DNA of 61,863 nt from Candidatus Campbellbacteria bacterium (GCA_045863475.1 BTUR01000002.1:79553-141415); one strand, 5' to 3'. Positions 1-9,759 are shown, counted from the first letter of the stretch. Made by a program: numbers and translations. Notes: a model not told the origin generated them from the letters alone.

Positions 1-387
1 GTGCAATCGCGTGCCGATGCGCAGGCGGTGGACATCATCGATCACAAGTTCGTGGATTCCTTCGGCAGCCTGGATATTGATAATCCGTTGTTCATGGTGC
101 AGGCGCTCTTTAACTACTACACCGTGCTCTCCGAGTTCAAAAAACCGGTTCGGCGGTTTCTTGTATACGAGTGTCGGAAACGGAAAAATCGTAACGGCAA
201 ATCACAACTGCGCCGACATGTGATTGATTTTAAAAAACATGAGGAGGAGTTCGCACTTTTCCACCGCCTACTTGCCGATGCGACTGAAGATATTCGTACA
301 CGCAAGGTCTTTCTACCCAACCCATCGGATATGTTCGAAGGGAAGAATTCGCTTGAGATATATCGCTGGGGACTCGCTGATAAATAA
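1..387 (+). CDS. C-terminal fragment of a possible PD-(D/E)XK (RecB/AddB-like) nuclease-domain protein; the 5' end lies outside the window
   Basis: The ORF is open to the window edge. VDIIDHKF resembles the D-Y-K nuclease motif of RecB-family domains. The assignment is by eye only. Confidence 0.3.
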   Translation: MQSRADAQAVDIIDHKFVDSFGSLDIDNPLFMVQALFNYYTVLSEFKKPVRRFLVYECRKRKNRNGKSQLRRHVIDFKKHEEEFALFHRLLADATEDIRTRKVFLPNPSDMFEGKNSLEIYRWGLADK

Positions 388-420
388 AAAACCGCTCCGG
401 GCATTCGGAGCGGTTTTTTA
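386..420. terminator. Bidirectional intrinsic terminator between convergent genes
   Basis: Stem CCGCTCCG (392-399) pairs with CGGAGCGG (406-413). It is flanked by an A-run (386-391) and a T-run (414-419). Confidence 0.8.
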
Positions 421-438
421 TTTGGAAATCTCTGACTT

Positions 439-1128
439 CTACTGCGCAGCAACTTCTTCGGCGAGAATACTTTCAATGGTTTGAGCCACCATCTCGTACG
501 GCAATGCGCCGTTAAGTGGAATCTCGCTTCCATCCGGCGTAATAATAACCGTGTATGGCGTTCCGCGTGCCCCCGCGGTCGTTGCGGAGAGAACATCGCC
601 CGCAACCGCCTGCTTGTAGGTACCTGCAGCAACACATGCCTCAAACGCCGCCTTATCAACACCGACAGATGCGGCAATGTCTCCGAGTCCTGCGACGGTC
701 TCGTCATTTCGGGTGAAGAGAATATCGAGGTAGCTCCAGAATGCAGTGTTACCACCGAGGGCCGCAACGCACTCCGTGCTTTCTGCTTTTACGCGCGCGT
801 CCGGGTGCAGTTGATCAAGCGGAAAGTGGCGGTACGCCCAGGCGATGTCGCCGTCTTTGCCGTAGGTGTCCATGATGCGGCGCATCGTTGCGTCAAACGT
901 CTGACAAAACGGGCAATCGATATCTGAGAACTCAATCATGACGATTTTCGCATTCGGGTTGCCGAGCACGTGGTCGTCTGCCGAGAGCGGCGCAATGTCG
1001 ATATCCTGCGGAACGCCGTCTACGGGCTGTTGTGACGGGGTACGGTCTTTGAAGTAGACCGCTCCGCCGATGAGAACGCCGGCGATAATGACTGCCAGCG
1101 GAATCATGAATTTGTTATCTGCTTGCAT
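439..1128 (-). CDS. DsbA-like thiol:disulfide oxidoreductase, membrane anchored
   Basis: N-terminal hydrophobic anchor, a CPFC active-site motif and thioredoxin-fold-like length. Confidence 0.75.
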   Translation of the reverse strand: MQADNKFMIPLAVIIAGVLIGGAVYFKDRTPSQQPVDGVPQDIDIAPLSADDHVLGNPNAKIVMIEFSDIDCPFCQTFDATMRRIMDTYGKDGDIAWAYRHFPLDQLHPDARVKAESTECVAALGGNTAFWSYLDILFTRNDETVAGLGDIAASVGVDKAAFEACVAAGTYKQAVAGDVLSATTAGARGTPYTVIITPDGSEIPLNGALPYEMVAQTIESILAEEVAAQ

Positions 1129-1161
1129 GGTTGTTTTTAAAGATTAGTAACGTACCTGTGG

Positions 1162-1170
1162 AGTATACCA
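1162..1170 (-). promoter_or_regulatory. Extended -10 promoter (TGGTATACT on the minus strand) upstream of the DsbA-like gene
   Basis: The reverse complement of 1162-1170 reads TGGTATACT. The same TGnTAnnnT box recurs upstream of other genes in this window. Confidence 0.4.
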
Positions 1171-1195
1171 CAGCCAAAAATCACCCAAAAAACGA

Positions 1196-1771
1196 CTAAA
1201 AACCGAGAGAATAGGTGAGTGCGTGGCCATTGCCCTCCTCCCAGCCGGTCGTATCCAAGGCTAGTTTCTTGATATCCGGGCCGTCGCGGTAAAGCACCTG
1301 CTTTTTCTCCACAATGTGGTCGTAGAGATCCTTCGTGACTTTTACGTCCTGGAGACAGTACTTTCGTATTTCATCAACCTTTCCTTCTTTCCACCACTGG
1401 TATGCTTGCAAACCGTCCGCGCTTTTTTTCAGTCCCAGTGTTGCGCCGGCAACGTTTGCGAGGCTCAATCTTCGTCCGAGTGCCTCTTTGATAGCCGCCA
1501 TAATGTCGATGCTCTTTATTGCGGTGAGATCGCCGTGATAGTACTTATTCAAAAGCGGAATATCGAAGTGGTCCGAGTTAAACCCGATAAGCACGTCGGC
1601 ACGTTCAATAATGGGCCACATCGACGGAAATTCTTCTTCAGTGTAGGAGGTGTACTCGTTGCTTTCGGAATCGTAGACACCGACGACCGAGATATCCAGA
1701 AGGGCGGGGTCGTTTTTACCGACATCGGAAAAAATATTTTTTGTCTCTATGTCAAAAACAACCTTACGCAT
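1196..1771 (-). CDS. DEDD-type 3'-5' exonuclease (RNase H-like fold, PolB-exonuclease-like)
   Basis: FDIET (ExoI), NSDHFDIPLL (ExoII) and YCLQDV (ExoIII) motifs. The start was moved to MRKVVFDIE, 11 nt after the hisS stop. Confidence 0.7.
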   Translation of the reverse strand: MRKVVFDIETKNIFSDVGKNDPALLDISVVGVYDSESNEYTSYTEEEFPSMWPIIERADVLIGFNSDHFDIPLLNKYYHGDLTAIKSIDIMAAIKEALGRRLSLANVAGATLGLKKSADGLQAYQWWKEGKVDEIRKYCLQDVKVTKDLYDHIVEKKQVLYRDGPDIKKLALDTTGWEEGNGHALTYSLGF

Positions 1772-1781
1772 GAACTCTAAT

Positions 1782-2975
1782 TTATGAGGACAGCCTAACA
1801 AGAATGTCTTCCAGAGTGCCCCGTAATTCCTCGCCGTTCTCAAGTTTTTTGAGAGTAAAACAAGATGACGCGACTTCCTCATCACCAACACCGATGATGT
1901 ATGGGATATGCTTTTTGTCGGCAATCTTTATTTGGTCGCCGATTTTTTTATCACCGTAGTACACCGCAGTTGCGATGCCTTCAGTGCGAAGACTCTCTGC
2001 AAGAGTGTCTGCAACCGCGCGGTGTGAAGCGGAAAGGGGACATACAAAGATGGTTGTTGTAGAGACAGTTTTTGGGAGTAGTCCGTGCGTTTCAAGAAAA
2101 TCACGCATGATGACATCACCTATTGCGATGCCAACAGCAGGAGTTTCCTCTCCGAATTTTTCAAGCAAACCGTCGTAGCGCCCACCGCCAAACAGAGAGC
2201 GTGGGTTTTCCGTATTAGTATCAAAAACCTCGAATACAAGACCAGAATAATAGGTGAAACCGCGCGCAAGCGTCGGTGCAAAAACGGTGTTCGTAACACC
2301 GATATCTGAAAGTTTTTTGCGAAAATCTCGCACCTCCTCGGGCTCTTCGATGAGTTTAAAATCTTCACCGGTACACTCTTTCCATGCGGCGTTGAATTCA
2401 CGCTCATCCATCTTTTCTTTTTTATCCAGAAGTCGAACAGCGTCCGGTGAAAGCCCTTTAAGCAACGCGCGGTCATTGATGCGTATCTCGAAATCTTCAT
2501 TTTTCGCACCAAATTCTTTCATGATGGCGTGCGCAAGAGAAATAATCTCAATGTCCGCCTCGACGTTCTGCACACCGAATATGTCGGCGTTGAATTGCCA
2601 AAACTCACGTACGCGGCCGCGTTGCGGACGTTCATAGCGGAAACAGTTTGGGATGGAGAACCAACGAATAGGGAGTGACAACTCGCGCTTTCGAGCTGCG
2701 ACCATGCGGGCAACAGTCGGTGTCATCTCAGGACGCAACGTAACTGAACGTTCTCCACGATCCGTAAATGTGTACGTTTGCTCACTGACAATTTCCTCGC
2801 TCGATTTTCCAAGGTACAGCTCGGTCGGTTCCAAAATGGAAGCGTTATATTCCTCGTACCCGAAACGCTGCGCTACTTTTCGCCAGGTATCAAAAATATA
2901 GTTTTGGACCGCCATGTCCTCCGGATAGAAGTCGCGGACGCCCTTGTACGGTTCTGTTGAGAGCTTTTTGGTCAT
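1782..2975 (-). CDS. hisS: Histidine--tRNA ligase
   Basis: Class II aaRS motifs (RPEMT, FRYERPQRGR, GGGRYD) plus a C-terminal anticodon-binding domain. Confidence 0.95.
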   Translation of the reverse strand: MTKKLSTEPYKGVRDFYPEDMAVQNYIFDTWRKVAQRFGYEEYNASILEPTELYLGKSSEEIVSEQTYTFTDRGERSVTLRPEMTPTVARMVAARKRELSLPIRWFSIPNCFRYERPQRGRVREFWQFNADIFGVQNVEADIEIISLAHAIMKEFGAKNEDFEIRINDRALLKGLSPDAVRLLDKKEKMDEREFNAAWKECTGEDFKLIEEPEEVRDFRKKLSDIGVTNTVFAPTLARGFTYYSGLVFEVFDTNTENPRSLFGGGRYDGLLEKFGEETPAVGIAIGDVIMRDFLETHGLLPKTVSTTTIFVCPLSASHRAVADTLAESLRTEGIATAVYYGDKKIGDQIKIADKKHIPYIIGVGDEEVASSCFTLKKLENGEELRGTLEDILVRLSS

Positions 2976-2984
2976 AGTGAGAAT

Positions 2985-2993
2985 ATTGTAGCA
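2985..2993 (-). promoter_or_regulatory. Extended -10 promoter (TGCTACAAT) 9 nt upstream of the hisS ATG
   Basis: The reverse complement of 2985-2993 is TGCTACAAT. The spacing implies a very short leader. Confidence 0.45.
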
Positions 2994-2996
2994 CGA

Positions 2997-4898
2997 CTAC
3001 AGAAGGCTTTCGGGGTCCACATTAACGATATATTGCGGCGGCAGGGCTTTCAGGATTTTGGCCACCTTTTCATCAGGCCATGATGCCGCCGGAACGGAAA
3101 TGAGCAGGTGAGCGACGTGGGTATTTTTAATGCGAGATACAAATGCGGGATAGAGCGTTGTGTGATAGTCGGGGAGCATCTTCTGCAGCGCAGTGAGGTC
3201 TTCGACGACTGATTCTTTCTTACCGCGACGCGTTACTTTCACAAATGTCGAGAACGGCGGGTAACTGAACTCACGGCGCACGGTCTCCTCATAGCGATAC
3301 ATGCCGATGCCGTCACCTGTTTTTGCGTACGTGAGTGCGGCGTAATCGGGTGTGCGCGTCTGCACGATGACGCGAGAGCGGGCGAGACTGCCCAGCTGCG
3401 ACACGATATGGAACACGCGCTCACCCATACGGAAATCCGGCAAAAACGTCAGTGTGTCTAGGGACACGACGACCGCAAGATCAAACCCACGATCTAGCAG
3501 AAGCGGAATCGCCATCTCGGTTCCCAATAGCACGCCTGATGTTGTTTTTCCCCACTCATCAAGCACGCGTGTGGCAGCAGCAGGCGTCGGTGTTGCATCC
3601 CGACTCACTGAAAAACTCATTGCGTCCGGAAACTGTTCCTGCAACTCGCGGGCCACATGCTCAATGCCGACCCCATAGCTCTCCAAGCGCCAGGAGCGGC
3701 ACGTTGCACATACCGTCTGGGCGTCTTCCGTCTTGCCGCATCTCCCACAGCGGAATGTGCGGAATTGAACATCACCGCGCGGATTAAAAAGTGTCATTGG
3801 TGCGTCACACCGGGCACAGGTGTACACGGAGCCGCAATCGCGACATACCGTAAACGGCGCGTACCCTTTTCGAACGCAGAACAAAAACGTCCGTCGTTTT
3901 TCATCCAGTGCGTACCGAATCGCCGATAATGCCTCCTCGGAAAAAAGCGGGGACGTAGGGTTTTCCGTGGTGCGCGAATCTGAGCGCATATCAACGATAT
4001 GTACGGGTGCGCGGTACTCCTGTCGCATCGTCGGATGTGCAACATCAGATATCGCGTGCGTGAAGTAGCGGTGGAGTGTCTCAATCCGAGGATACGCGTC
4101 CCCGAGCACCAGATCACATCCGCGGGCACGGGCGATATGCTCGATGACCGTGCGTGCATCAAGATACGGCGTCTCCTTTTGCTTATAGTGCGGCGAGGAC
4201 TCGTGTTCAATGATGAATAAACCGACATCGCGGCGAGGAATCGATGCATACTGACCGGTTGTGATGACAACTATGGGCGAGGGGTGCGACAGTGCGGCGA
4301 GCCAGCGTTCTTTGGTTTTTTTGGATGACAGCCGGCCGTTAAACACGAAGAGGCGATCTTCAATGCCGCGACCAATATGCTCTGCAAGCGTGTCCACTTC
4401 CGTTTGTGTGGGGCAGGAGAGAATGACCGAAACTTCGCGGGCGAATGACTCGCGGGTAAGCGACTTATAGCGGCTGATACGTTCGTCGTATGATGCGGCC
4501 GCTATTTTTATGTCCGGAATGACGTCTTTTTTCGGAGTCGTTGCAGCACGGGGTAGGGAAAGTGCGTCAGCAAGCAGTGCGTCGGGAATGATTGCGTGGA
4601 GCAGTGTCCCCGCCGAACGTGCGTAGTGCGCGGCAAGCGTGCGCACCGCTTTCATGAGTGCGGGGTCAAACGGTTCTTTTTGCAAGACACCTTCAACTTT
4701 TTTCATTGAAAAACCCGCCTTGCGTATCTGCGCTTTCTCCTGCTTTGCCGTGGAAACATCAACAACAAGTCCGGGTACTTTTTTGTTACCGACTGAAATA
4801 CGGACGGTACTACCGACAGCGACCTCTTTTGCGCTGTAGTACGAAAGCCCCTCCTGAGGAGCACGCGGCATGATGGGGATGACGGAGACGACGTACAT
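2997..4898 (-). CDS. priA: Primosomal protein N' (PriA) homolog with degenerate ATPase motifs
   Basis: N-terminal 3'-DNA-binding-like region, a Cys-rich zinc region (CRDCG..CARCD..CGRCG..CATC) and YPPF near the C-terminus. No GxGKT Walker A motif is visible. Confidence 0.8.
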   Translation of the reverse strand: MYVVSVIPIMPRAPQEGLSYYSAKEVAVGSTVRISVGNKKVPGLVVDVSTAKQEKAQIRKAGFSMKKVEGVLQKEPFDPALMKAVRTLAAHYARSAGTLLHAIIPDALLADALSLPRAATTPKKDVIPDIKIAAASYDERISRYKSLTRESFAREVSVILSCPTQTEVDTLAEHIGRGIEDRLFVFNGRLSSKKTKERWLAALSHPSPIVVITTGQYASIPRRDVGLFIIEHESSPHYKQKETPYLDARTVIEHIARARGCDLVLGDAYPRIETLHRYFTHAISDVAHPTMRQEYRAPVHIVDMRSDSRTTENPTSPLFSEEALSAIRYALDEKRRTFLFCVRKGYAPFTVCRDCGSVYTCARCDAPMTLFNPRGDVQFRTFRCGRCGKTEDAQTVCATCRSWRLESYGVGIEHVARELQEQFPDAMSFSVSRDATPTPAAATRVLDEWGKTTSGVLLGTEMAIPLLLDRGFDLAVVVSLDTLTFLPDFRMGERVFHIVSQLGSLARSRVIVQTRTPDYAALTYAKTGDGIGMYRYEETVRREFSYPPFSTFVKVTRRGKKESVVEDLTALQKMLPDYHTTLYPAFVSRIKNTHVAHLLISVPAASWPDEKVAKILKALPPQYIVNVDPESLL

Positions 4899-4905
4899 AC
4901 GTTAG

Positions 4906-4918
4906 TGGTATGATACCA
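4906..4918. promoter_or_regulatory. Palindrome TGGTATGATACCA, read as two overlapping divergent extended -10 boxes (murA on plus, priA on minus)
   Basis: The plus strand reads TGGTATGAT, 15 nt before the murA ATG. The minus strand reads TGGTATCAT, 11 nt before the priA ATG. Confidence 0.45.
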
Positions 4919-4929
4919 GTACAAGACCT

Positions 4930-6234
4930 ATGGACCCAAAGACGGAAGCGTTCCGGATAACCGGCCTCAATGGCGAGAAAAAGCTCTCGGGGGAGATTTC
5001 CGTTTCAGGTTCGAAGAATAACGCTCTGCCACTCTTGGCCTCCAGCGTGCTTTTTGCCGGCCCGGTGTCGTTTTCAAACGTTCCTGATATCACCGATGTG
5101 GACAAAATGTTCGAACTTTTGCGAAATGCCGGTGCTGTCGTTACTCGGGAAGGCGATGTGGTAACCGTGGACCCTGCAGGCGTTGCGCACGGTGAAATTG
5201 ACGTTGCGGTCGCCAACAAACTTCGCGCGTCCATTATTCTCACCGGATCGTTGTTGGGACGCACACGGCGCATTACCTTTCCGTCACCGGGAGGCTGTGT
5301 CATCGGCAAGCGCCCCATCGATCTCTTTTTGGAAGGGTATACAAAACTCGGCGCAACGGTTACTGAAAACGAAAATATTTTTACGGTATCCGCAGACAAA
5401 CTCTCCGGCATGGAATTTTTCTTCCGTCTGCAGAGTGTCACCGGAACTGAAGCACTCCTCATGGCCTCCGCGCTTGCACACGGAACAACAACACTGAAGA
5501 ACGTTGCACTGGAACCCGAAGTAACCGATCTTGCGGAGTTTTTGCGCGACGCGGGTGCGTCCATTGAAGGTGTCGGCACAAACACATTGACCATACACGG
5601 CACTGGAGGCATACCGCTCAAAAACAACTCGAAAGAACCTCATCGCGTCATCCCCGACCGTATTGAAGCGGGGAGTTATCTCGTTTTAGGAGCACTCTGT
5701 GCACACGACCTAACCCTCAAGGGTTGCAACCCGTCGCACCTTGAACTGCCCATCATCACACTTCAAGAAATGGGTGTTCCTGTGGAGGTACGGGGGACGG
5801 ACGTTGTCATTTCAAACAATACAAAGCCAAACAATGCGTTTTTGCCCGCATCCATCAGAACGCATGAGTACCCGGGATTCCCGACGGATTTGCAGTCACC
5901 GTATACCGTGTTGTGCACACAAGCGGAAGGCGAGAGCGTTATTGAAGAGATGATCTTTGAGGGACGACTTGCATACACCGCCGACCTGGTTTCCATGGGT
6001 GCCGATATAACCGTGGCGCACCCGCACAAAGCGGTCGTCAAAGGCCCCGCAAAGCTCTCCGGGCGCGAACTCTATACACCCGACCTGCGTGCCGGTCTCG
6101 CCTACATCATTGCGGCTTGTGTCGGCAAGGGAGTTTCGCTCATTCACAACATTCACTACGTTGACCGCGGGTACGAAAACGCGGAAGCAAAACTTCGCCA
6201 GATCGGTGTTGCAATAGAGCGCGTTTCTGTGTAA
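4930..6234 (+). CDS. murA: UDP-N-acetylglucosamine 1-carboxyvinyltransferase
   Basis: Full-length similarity to MurA: N-terminal ...GEI.VSGSKNNALP..., a PGGC active-site region and a C-terminal IHNIHYVDRGYE. Confidence 0.95.
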   Translation: MDPKTEAFRITGLNGEKKLSGEISVSGSKNNALPLLASSVLFAGPVSFSNVPDITDVDKMFELLRNAGAVVTREGDVVTVDPAGVAHGEIDVAVANKLRASIILTGSLLGRTRRITFPSPGGCVIGKRPIDLFLEGYTKLGATVTENENIFTVSADKLSGMEFFFRLQSVTGTEALLMASALAHGTTTLKNVALEPEVTDLAEFLRDAGASIEGVGTNTLTIHGTGGIPLKNNSKEPHRVIPDRIEAGSYLVLGALCAHDLTLKGCNPSHLELPIITLQEMGVPVEVRGTDVVISNNTKPNNAFLPASIRTHEYPGFPTDLQSPYTVLCTQAEGESVIEEMIFEGRLAYTADLVSMGADITVAHPHKAVVKGPAKLSGRELYTPDLRAGLAYIIAACVGKGVSLIHNIHYVDRGYENAEAKLRQIGVAIERVSV

Positions 6235-6261
6235 GGTTCCCCTCAGAAAAGGAGGTACGCG

Positions 6262-6615
6262 ATGTCGTCCGTGACCACAACGCAAGAGTTTTTTCGTCAA
6301 CTTTTCGAGAGCACGGCGGACAAGGTGTTCAGCACCATGTCCGCACGTTCGGAAGAGGCGAAGGTGCACGCCGAGTTCCAGAAGGTCTTCGTCCTCAACG
6401 GTGTCAAACCACCGCTTGAGGACAACAGCGGGAACCCCATCGAGCTCACGTATGACGAGAATGATCAACTAACGGCCATCCAGATCTGCTTCCAGCCCTG
6501 CGACGATGCAGATCAGGAAGACACGGTGGTTACACTCGTCATGAGACCCAAGCTCACCCAAGAACCGAACCACCCTGTCAACGACAGCACCGACGTTCAC
6601 TGGGCGATCCAGTAG
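6262..6615 (+). CDS. Hypothetical acidic protein
   Basis: 117-aa ORF preceded by a strong SD (AAAGGAGGT), unlike the neighbouring core genes. No recognisable motif. Confidence 0.45.
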   Translation: MSSVTTTQEFFRQLFESTADKVFSTMSARSEEAKVHAEFQKVFVLNGVKPPLEDNSGNPIELTYDENDQLTAIQICFQPCDDADQEDTVVTLVMRPKLTQEPNHPVNDSTDVHWAIQ

Positions 6616-6705
6616 CACCTTCACCTCATGTTCCTCGAATACGTCTCGCTCACGCGGGACGTTTTTCGTTGGAAAAAGCGAAAAAATTGTGTAGCATACG
6701 TGGAC

Positions 6706-6831
6706 ATGAGTCCCGTTAGAGATTACGGAGCCTCGAGGGATTCTTTGTTTCATCTATGATATACGTATTACTTATTCAAACTAAAAAAGGGAGCAGACGC
6801 TCATTGTCCGCACCCTCTCTAACGGGATGAG
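6706..6831 (+). repeat. Type A start-codon inverted-repeat element, copy A1, at the mreB start
   Basis: Perfect 12-bp IR: TCCCGTTAGAGA (6711-6722) and TCTCTAACGGGA (6816-6827). Direct repeats ATGAG at 6706-6710 and 6827-6831; the right copy is the mreB start. Confidence 0.8.
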
Positions 6832-7840
6832 CTTTTGGTCCAAAAAACTTGGCATCGATTTGGGGACGACAAATGTGCTCGTCTACCTGCCCGGGAAGGG
6901 AATTGTGCTCAATGAGCCGTCCGTCGTCGCAGTTTCTATTGATGACAACAAAATTCTCGCCGTCGGTATTGAGGCAAAAGAAATGATCGGCAAGACGCCG
7001 GAAAATATTGTTGCGTACCGTCCGATGAAAGACGGTGTCATTGCGGATTACCGCGTTACCGAGGCGATGCTCAAATATTTCATCAACAAAGCACTCGGAC
7101 GATGGAACATTTGGAAACCGGACGTGCTCATCTCCGTTCCCGCTGGCGTCACCTCAACGGAGCGACGTGCGGTCGTCGAGGCAGCCATTCGCGCAGGTGC
7201 GAAACAAGCGTTCATCATCAAAGAGCCCATTTTGGCTGCCATCGGCGCAGGCATTCCCATTCAAGACCCTGAGGGGCGCATGATTGTAGACATCGGCGGC
7301 GGCACAACGGACGTGGCCGTCATCTCACTCGGTGGCATTGTTACGTGTACCTCAGTCAAAGTCGCCGGCAATAAAGTTGACCAGGCAATCATCGACTACG
7401 TAAAGAAAAACTATAACCTTTCAATCGGCGACCGAACGGCAGAACAAATAAAAATCAAAATCGGCTCGGCGGTTCCTGTTGAGCAGGATCTCGTCATGAA
7501 GGTGCGCGGCCGCGACGTCGTCACGGGTTTGCCGCGTGAAATGGATTTGCAAACCAATGAGATTGTAAAAGCTATCCGTCGCGAACTGCGCGAGATGGTG
7601 CGCGCCATCAAGGACGTCTTCCAAGAAACTCCACCGGAGCTCGCTGCCGACATTATTGAGAAAGGTATTACCATGACGGGCGGCACCTCGCAGTTGCGCA
7701 ATTTCTCCGAATTGGTGTTTCGCACAACCGGTGTGAAAGCTCAAGTCGCTGATGAAGCAATTCTGTGTGTCGCGAAGGGAACCGGTATTGCACTTTTGCA
7801 CCTGGACACGTACAAGAAATCCATCGTCGCAAAACGCTAG
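6827..7840 (+). CDS. mreB: Rod shape-determining actin homolog MreB
   Basis: IDLGTTN, DIGGGTTD and the other ASKHA motifs; MreB length. Confidence 0.95.
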   Translation: MSFWSKKLGIDLGTTNVLVYLPGKGIVLNEPSVVAVSIDDNKILAVGIEAKEMIGKTPENIVAYRPMKDGVIADYRVTEAMLKYFINKALGRWNIWKPDVLISVPAGVTSTERRAVVEAAIRAGAKQAFIIKEPILAAIGAGIPIQDPEGRMIVDIGGGTTDVAVISLGGIVTCTSVKVAGNKVDQAIIDYVKKNYNLSIGDRTAEQIKIKIGSAVPVEQDLVMKVRGRDVVTGLPREMDLQTNEIVKAIRRELREMVRAIKDVFQETPPELAADIIEKGITMTGGTSQLRNFSELVFRTTGVKAQVADEAILCVAKGTGIALLHLDTYKKSIVAKR

Positions 7841-7844
7841 CCCT

Positions 7845-8492
7845 ATGGACTTGTTTCGTCATCACGCATACCTCTCCGCAGGCGACATTCCTGCGGTAAC
7901 GGACGGTGTCCGCGCACTGCTGGAACGTGCCGGCATTGTATTTTTGGGAAATCCGGACGTGCTCGCGGTCACCGCACATTCGCTCGGCATTGATGAGGCA
8001 CGCGGTATTTTTGAACACACCCGTGTGAGTGTTCCTCCGGAGAGTCGCCGCATTGTGTTGGTGTCATGCGTTCAGGCGACGGTTGAAGCGCAAAACGCGC
8101 TCTTGAAGCTCGCCGAGGAACCCCCGCGGCGCACACATTTCTTTTTCATCGTACCGAACGAAGACGTGCTGCTGCCAACACTGCGTTCCCGTCTGCAAAA
8201 ACTCCCTGTTGAGATGAGCGGGGAGGGAAGTGACGTACCGGATGCAAAGTATTTTTTGAGCGCCTCGTTTCAGAAAAGAATGGAGTTGGTGTCTGACTGG
8301 ATAGAAGAAAAGCAGCACGACCGCGCACTCTCGCTTCTCAACGGTCTCGAAGAACACCTGTCAGACGACCCTGTACGGCACCGCGACGCCCTTCACGCAA
8401 TCGAAACAGCGCGCGGGTATCTTCTGCGACGCGGCTCATCACTGAAGCTTGTGCTTGAGTACCTCGCGCTTTCTGTTCCAAAAATTTTGTAG
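7845..8492 (+). CDS. holB: DNA polymerase III delta-prime-like subunit (short form)
   Basis: NALLKLAEEPP and TLRSR motifs. There is no N-terminal P-loop. The start was moved to MDLFRHH, just after the mreB stop. Confidence 0.65.
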   Translation: MDLFRHHAYLSAGDIPAVTDGVRALLERAGIVFLGNPDVLAVTAHSLGIDEARGIFEHTRVSVPPESRRIVLVSCVQATVEAQNALLKLAEEPPRRTHFFFIVPNEDVLLPTLRSRLQKLPVEMSGEGSDVPDAKYFLSASFQKRMELVSDWIEEKQHDRALSLLNGLEEHLSDDPVRHRDALHAIETARGYLLRRGSSLKLVLEYLALSVPKIL

Positions 8493-8546
8493 AAATGAGA
8501 AACGCCCCGCGGCTGTGAAAGCCCGCGGGGCGTGGTGATTCGAGGA

Positions 8547-8987
8547 TCATCGAGAACGGGTGATGGCATCCGCGACGACCTGCGACATGGTCGTATGTCG
8601 ACGACGTGCTTCTTCCTTGATCAGTGAGTGAATGTCTCGCTGAAGATGGAGTTTCACCTGCACGGTGTCGGGGCCCTTTCGCCGCCCACGATTTTCACCG
8701 ATTGCAATCATGACTGCTCTGTAGGCCTCCTTGATACGTCCCTGATCACCAGGGGCGAAAAGAAGTGCGGCCTGAATTCCAACCCTACCACTGGCTGTTC
8801 GGTAGAGGTACACAGGACCACAATTCGGGAAGAAGCGGCGAAGAGCCTTCGTTGCTTGTTTCTTCTTGCTCTGAAGCTCGGGGTCACCTTTGACTTCAAG
8901 AAAAACGATATCTCTCTTCTCCACTCCGCACCTCCATTTTTTGTGTTCTTCTGGTGAGAAGATACGTTTTGTTAGCACCTTTGTCAA
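8547..8987 (-). CDS. Hypothetical protein with a C-terminal ribbon-helix-helix-like segment
   Basis: The C-terminus VQVKLHLQRDIHSLIKEEARRRHTTMSQVVADAI looks CopG/RHH-like. The start codon (TTG or GTG) is uncertain. Confidence 0.4.
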   Translation of the reverse strand: MTKVLTKRIFSPEEHKKWRCGVEKRDIVFLEVKGDPELQSKKKQATKALRRFFPNCGPVYLYRTASGRVGIQAALLFAPGDQGRIKEAYRAVMIAIGENRGRRKGPDTVQVKLHLQRDIHSLIKEEARRRHTTMSQVVADAITRSR

Positions 8988-8990
8988 CTC

Positions 8991-8999
8991 TGGTATAGT
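8991..8999 (+). promoter_or_regulatory. Extended -10 promoter TGGTATAGT only 6 nt upstream of the nth ATG, predicting a leaderless transcript
   Basis: The TATAGT hexamer ends at 8999 and the ATG is at 9006. There is no SD. Confidence 0.45.
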
Positions 9000-9005
9000 G
9001 CTCCT

Positions 9006-9662
9006 ATGACCACCGCACAGAAAGAACGCGCCAAGAAAATTTCACGCACACTTAGAAAGCTTTTTCCGGAAGCACGGATCGCGCTTCGCCACAAAAATCC
9101 GTGGGAGCTTTTGGTGGCAGTCATACTCTCAGCGCAGTGCACGGATAAAAAAGTAAACGAGGTTACCAAAACACTTTTCAAAAAGTACCGAAAACTTGAT
9201 GACTATGTGCACGCCGACCCGAAAGAATTTGCACAAGATATCCGCCAAACAGGATTCTTTAACGCAAAAACAAAAAATATTCTTGCAACGGCGCGCATGG
9301 TAAAAGAGCAGTTCGGCGGGAGGGTCCCAAAAACAATGGATGAACTTCTGACACTGCGAGGTGTTGCACGCAAAACGGCAAACGTGGTGCTTTCAAATGC
9401 GTTCGGAGTCAATGAGGGCATTGCAGTTGACACGCACGTCATCCGTTTTTCCAATAAGTTTGGTCTCTCATCACACCGTGATCCGAAAAAAATCGAACAG
9501 GACCTGATGAAATTGTTTCCCAAAGGGGAGTGGAACACCATCACCTACGGCTTTATTGAATACGGCAGGCAGGTGTGTCCGGCACGCAAACACGACTGCA
9601 TAAACCATCCGCTCACAAAACTGTATCCGAAAGCGGCGTCTATTTGGCCGAAGGCAAAATAG
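9006..9662 (+). CDS. nth: Endonuclease III (HhH-GPD DNA glycosylase/lyase)
   Basis: LRGVARKTANVVL plus VDTHVIR motifs. The C-terminal Cys cluster appears incomplete. Confidence 0.9.
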   Translation: MTTAQKERAKKISRTLRKLFPEARIALRHKNPWELLVAVILSAQCTDKKVNEVTKTLFKKYRKLDDYVHADPKEFAQDIRQTGFFNAKTKNILATARMVKEQFGGRVPKTMDELLTLRGVARKTANVVLSNAFGVNEGIAVDTHVIRFSNKFGLSSHRDPKKIEQDLMKLFPKGEWNTITYGFIEYGRQVCPARKHDCINHPLTKLYPKAASIWPKAK

Positions 9663-9669
9663 AAAGTGC

Positions 9670-9736
9670 TATACCCCGTGAGATACAGAGCCTCTTAGCT
9701 ACGTGTAGGGTGAAATTAGTTATCTCACGGGGTATA
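9670..9736. repeat. Type B inverted-repeat element, copy B1
   Basis: TATACCCCGTGAGATA (9670-9685) pairs with TATCTCACGGGGTATA (9721-9736): a 16-bp perfect IR with a 35-nt spacer, starting 8 nt after the nth stop. Confidence 0.8.
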
Positions 9737-9750
9737 CTGAATGACGTTAG

Positions 9751-9759
9751 TGGTATAAC
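9751..9759 (+). promoter_or_regulatory. Extended -10-like box TGGTATAAC 11 nt upstream of the left ATG of element A2
   Basis: It sits inside ACGTTAGTGGTAT, a 13-mer also present at 4900-4912. Confidence 0.35.
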
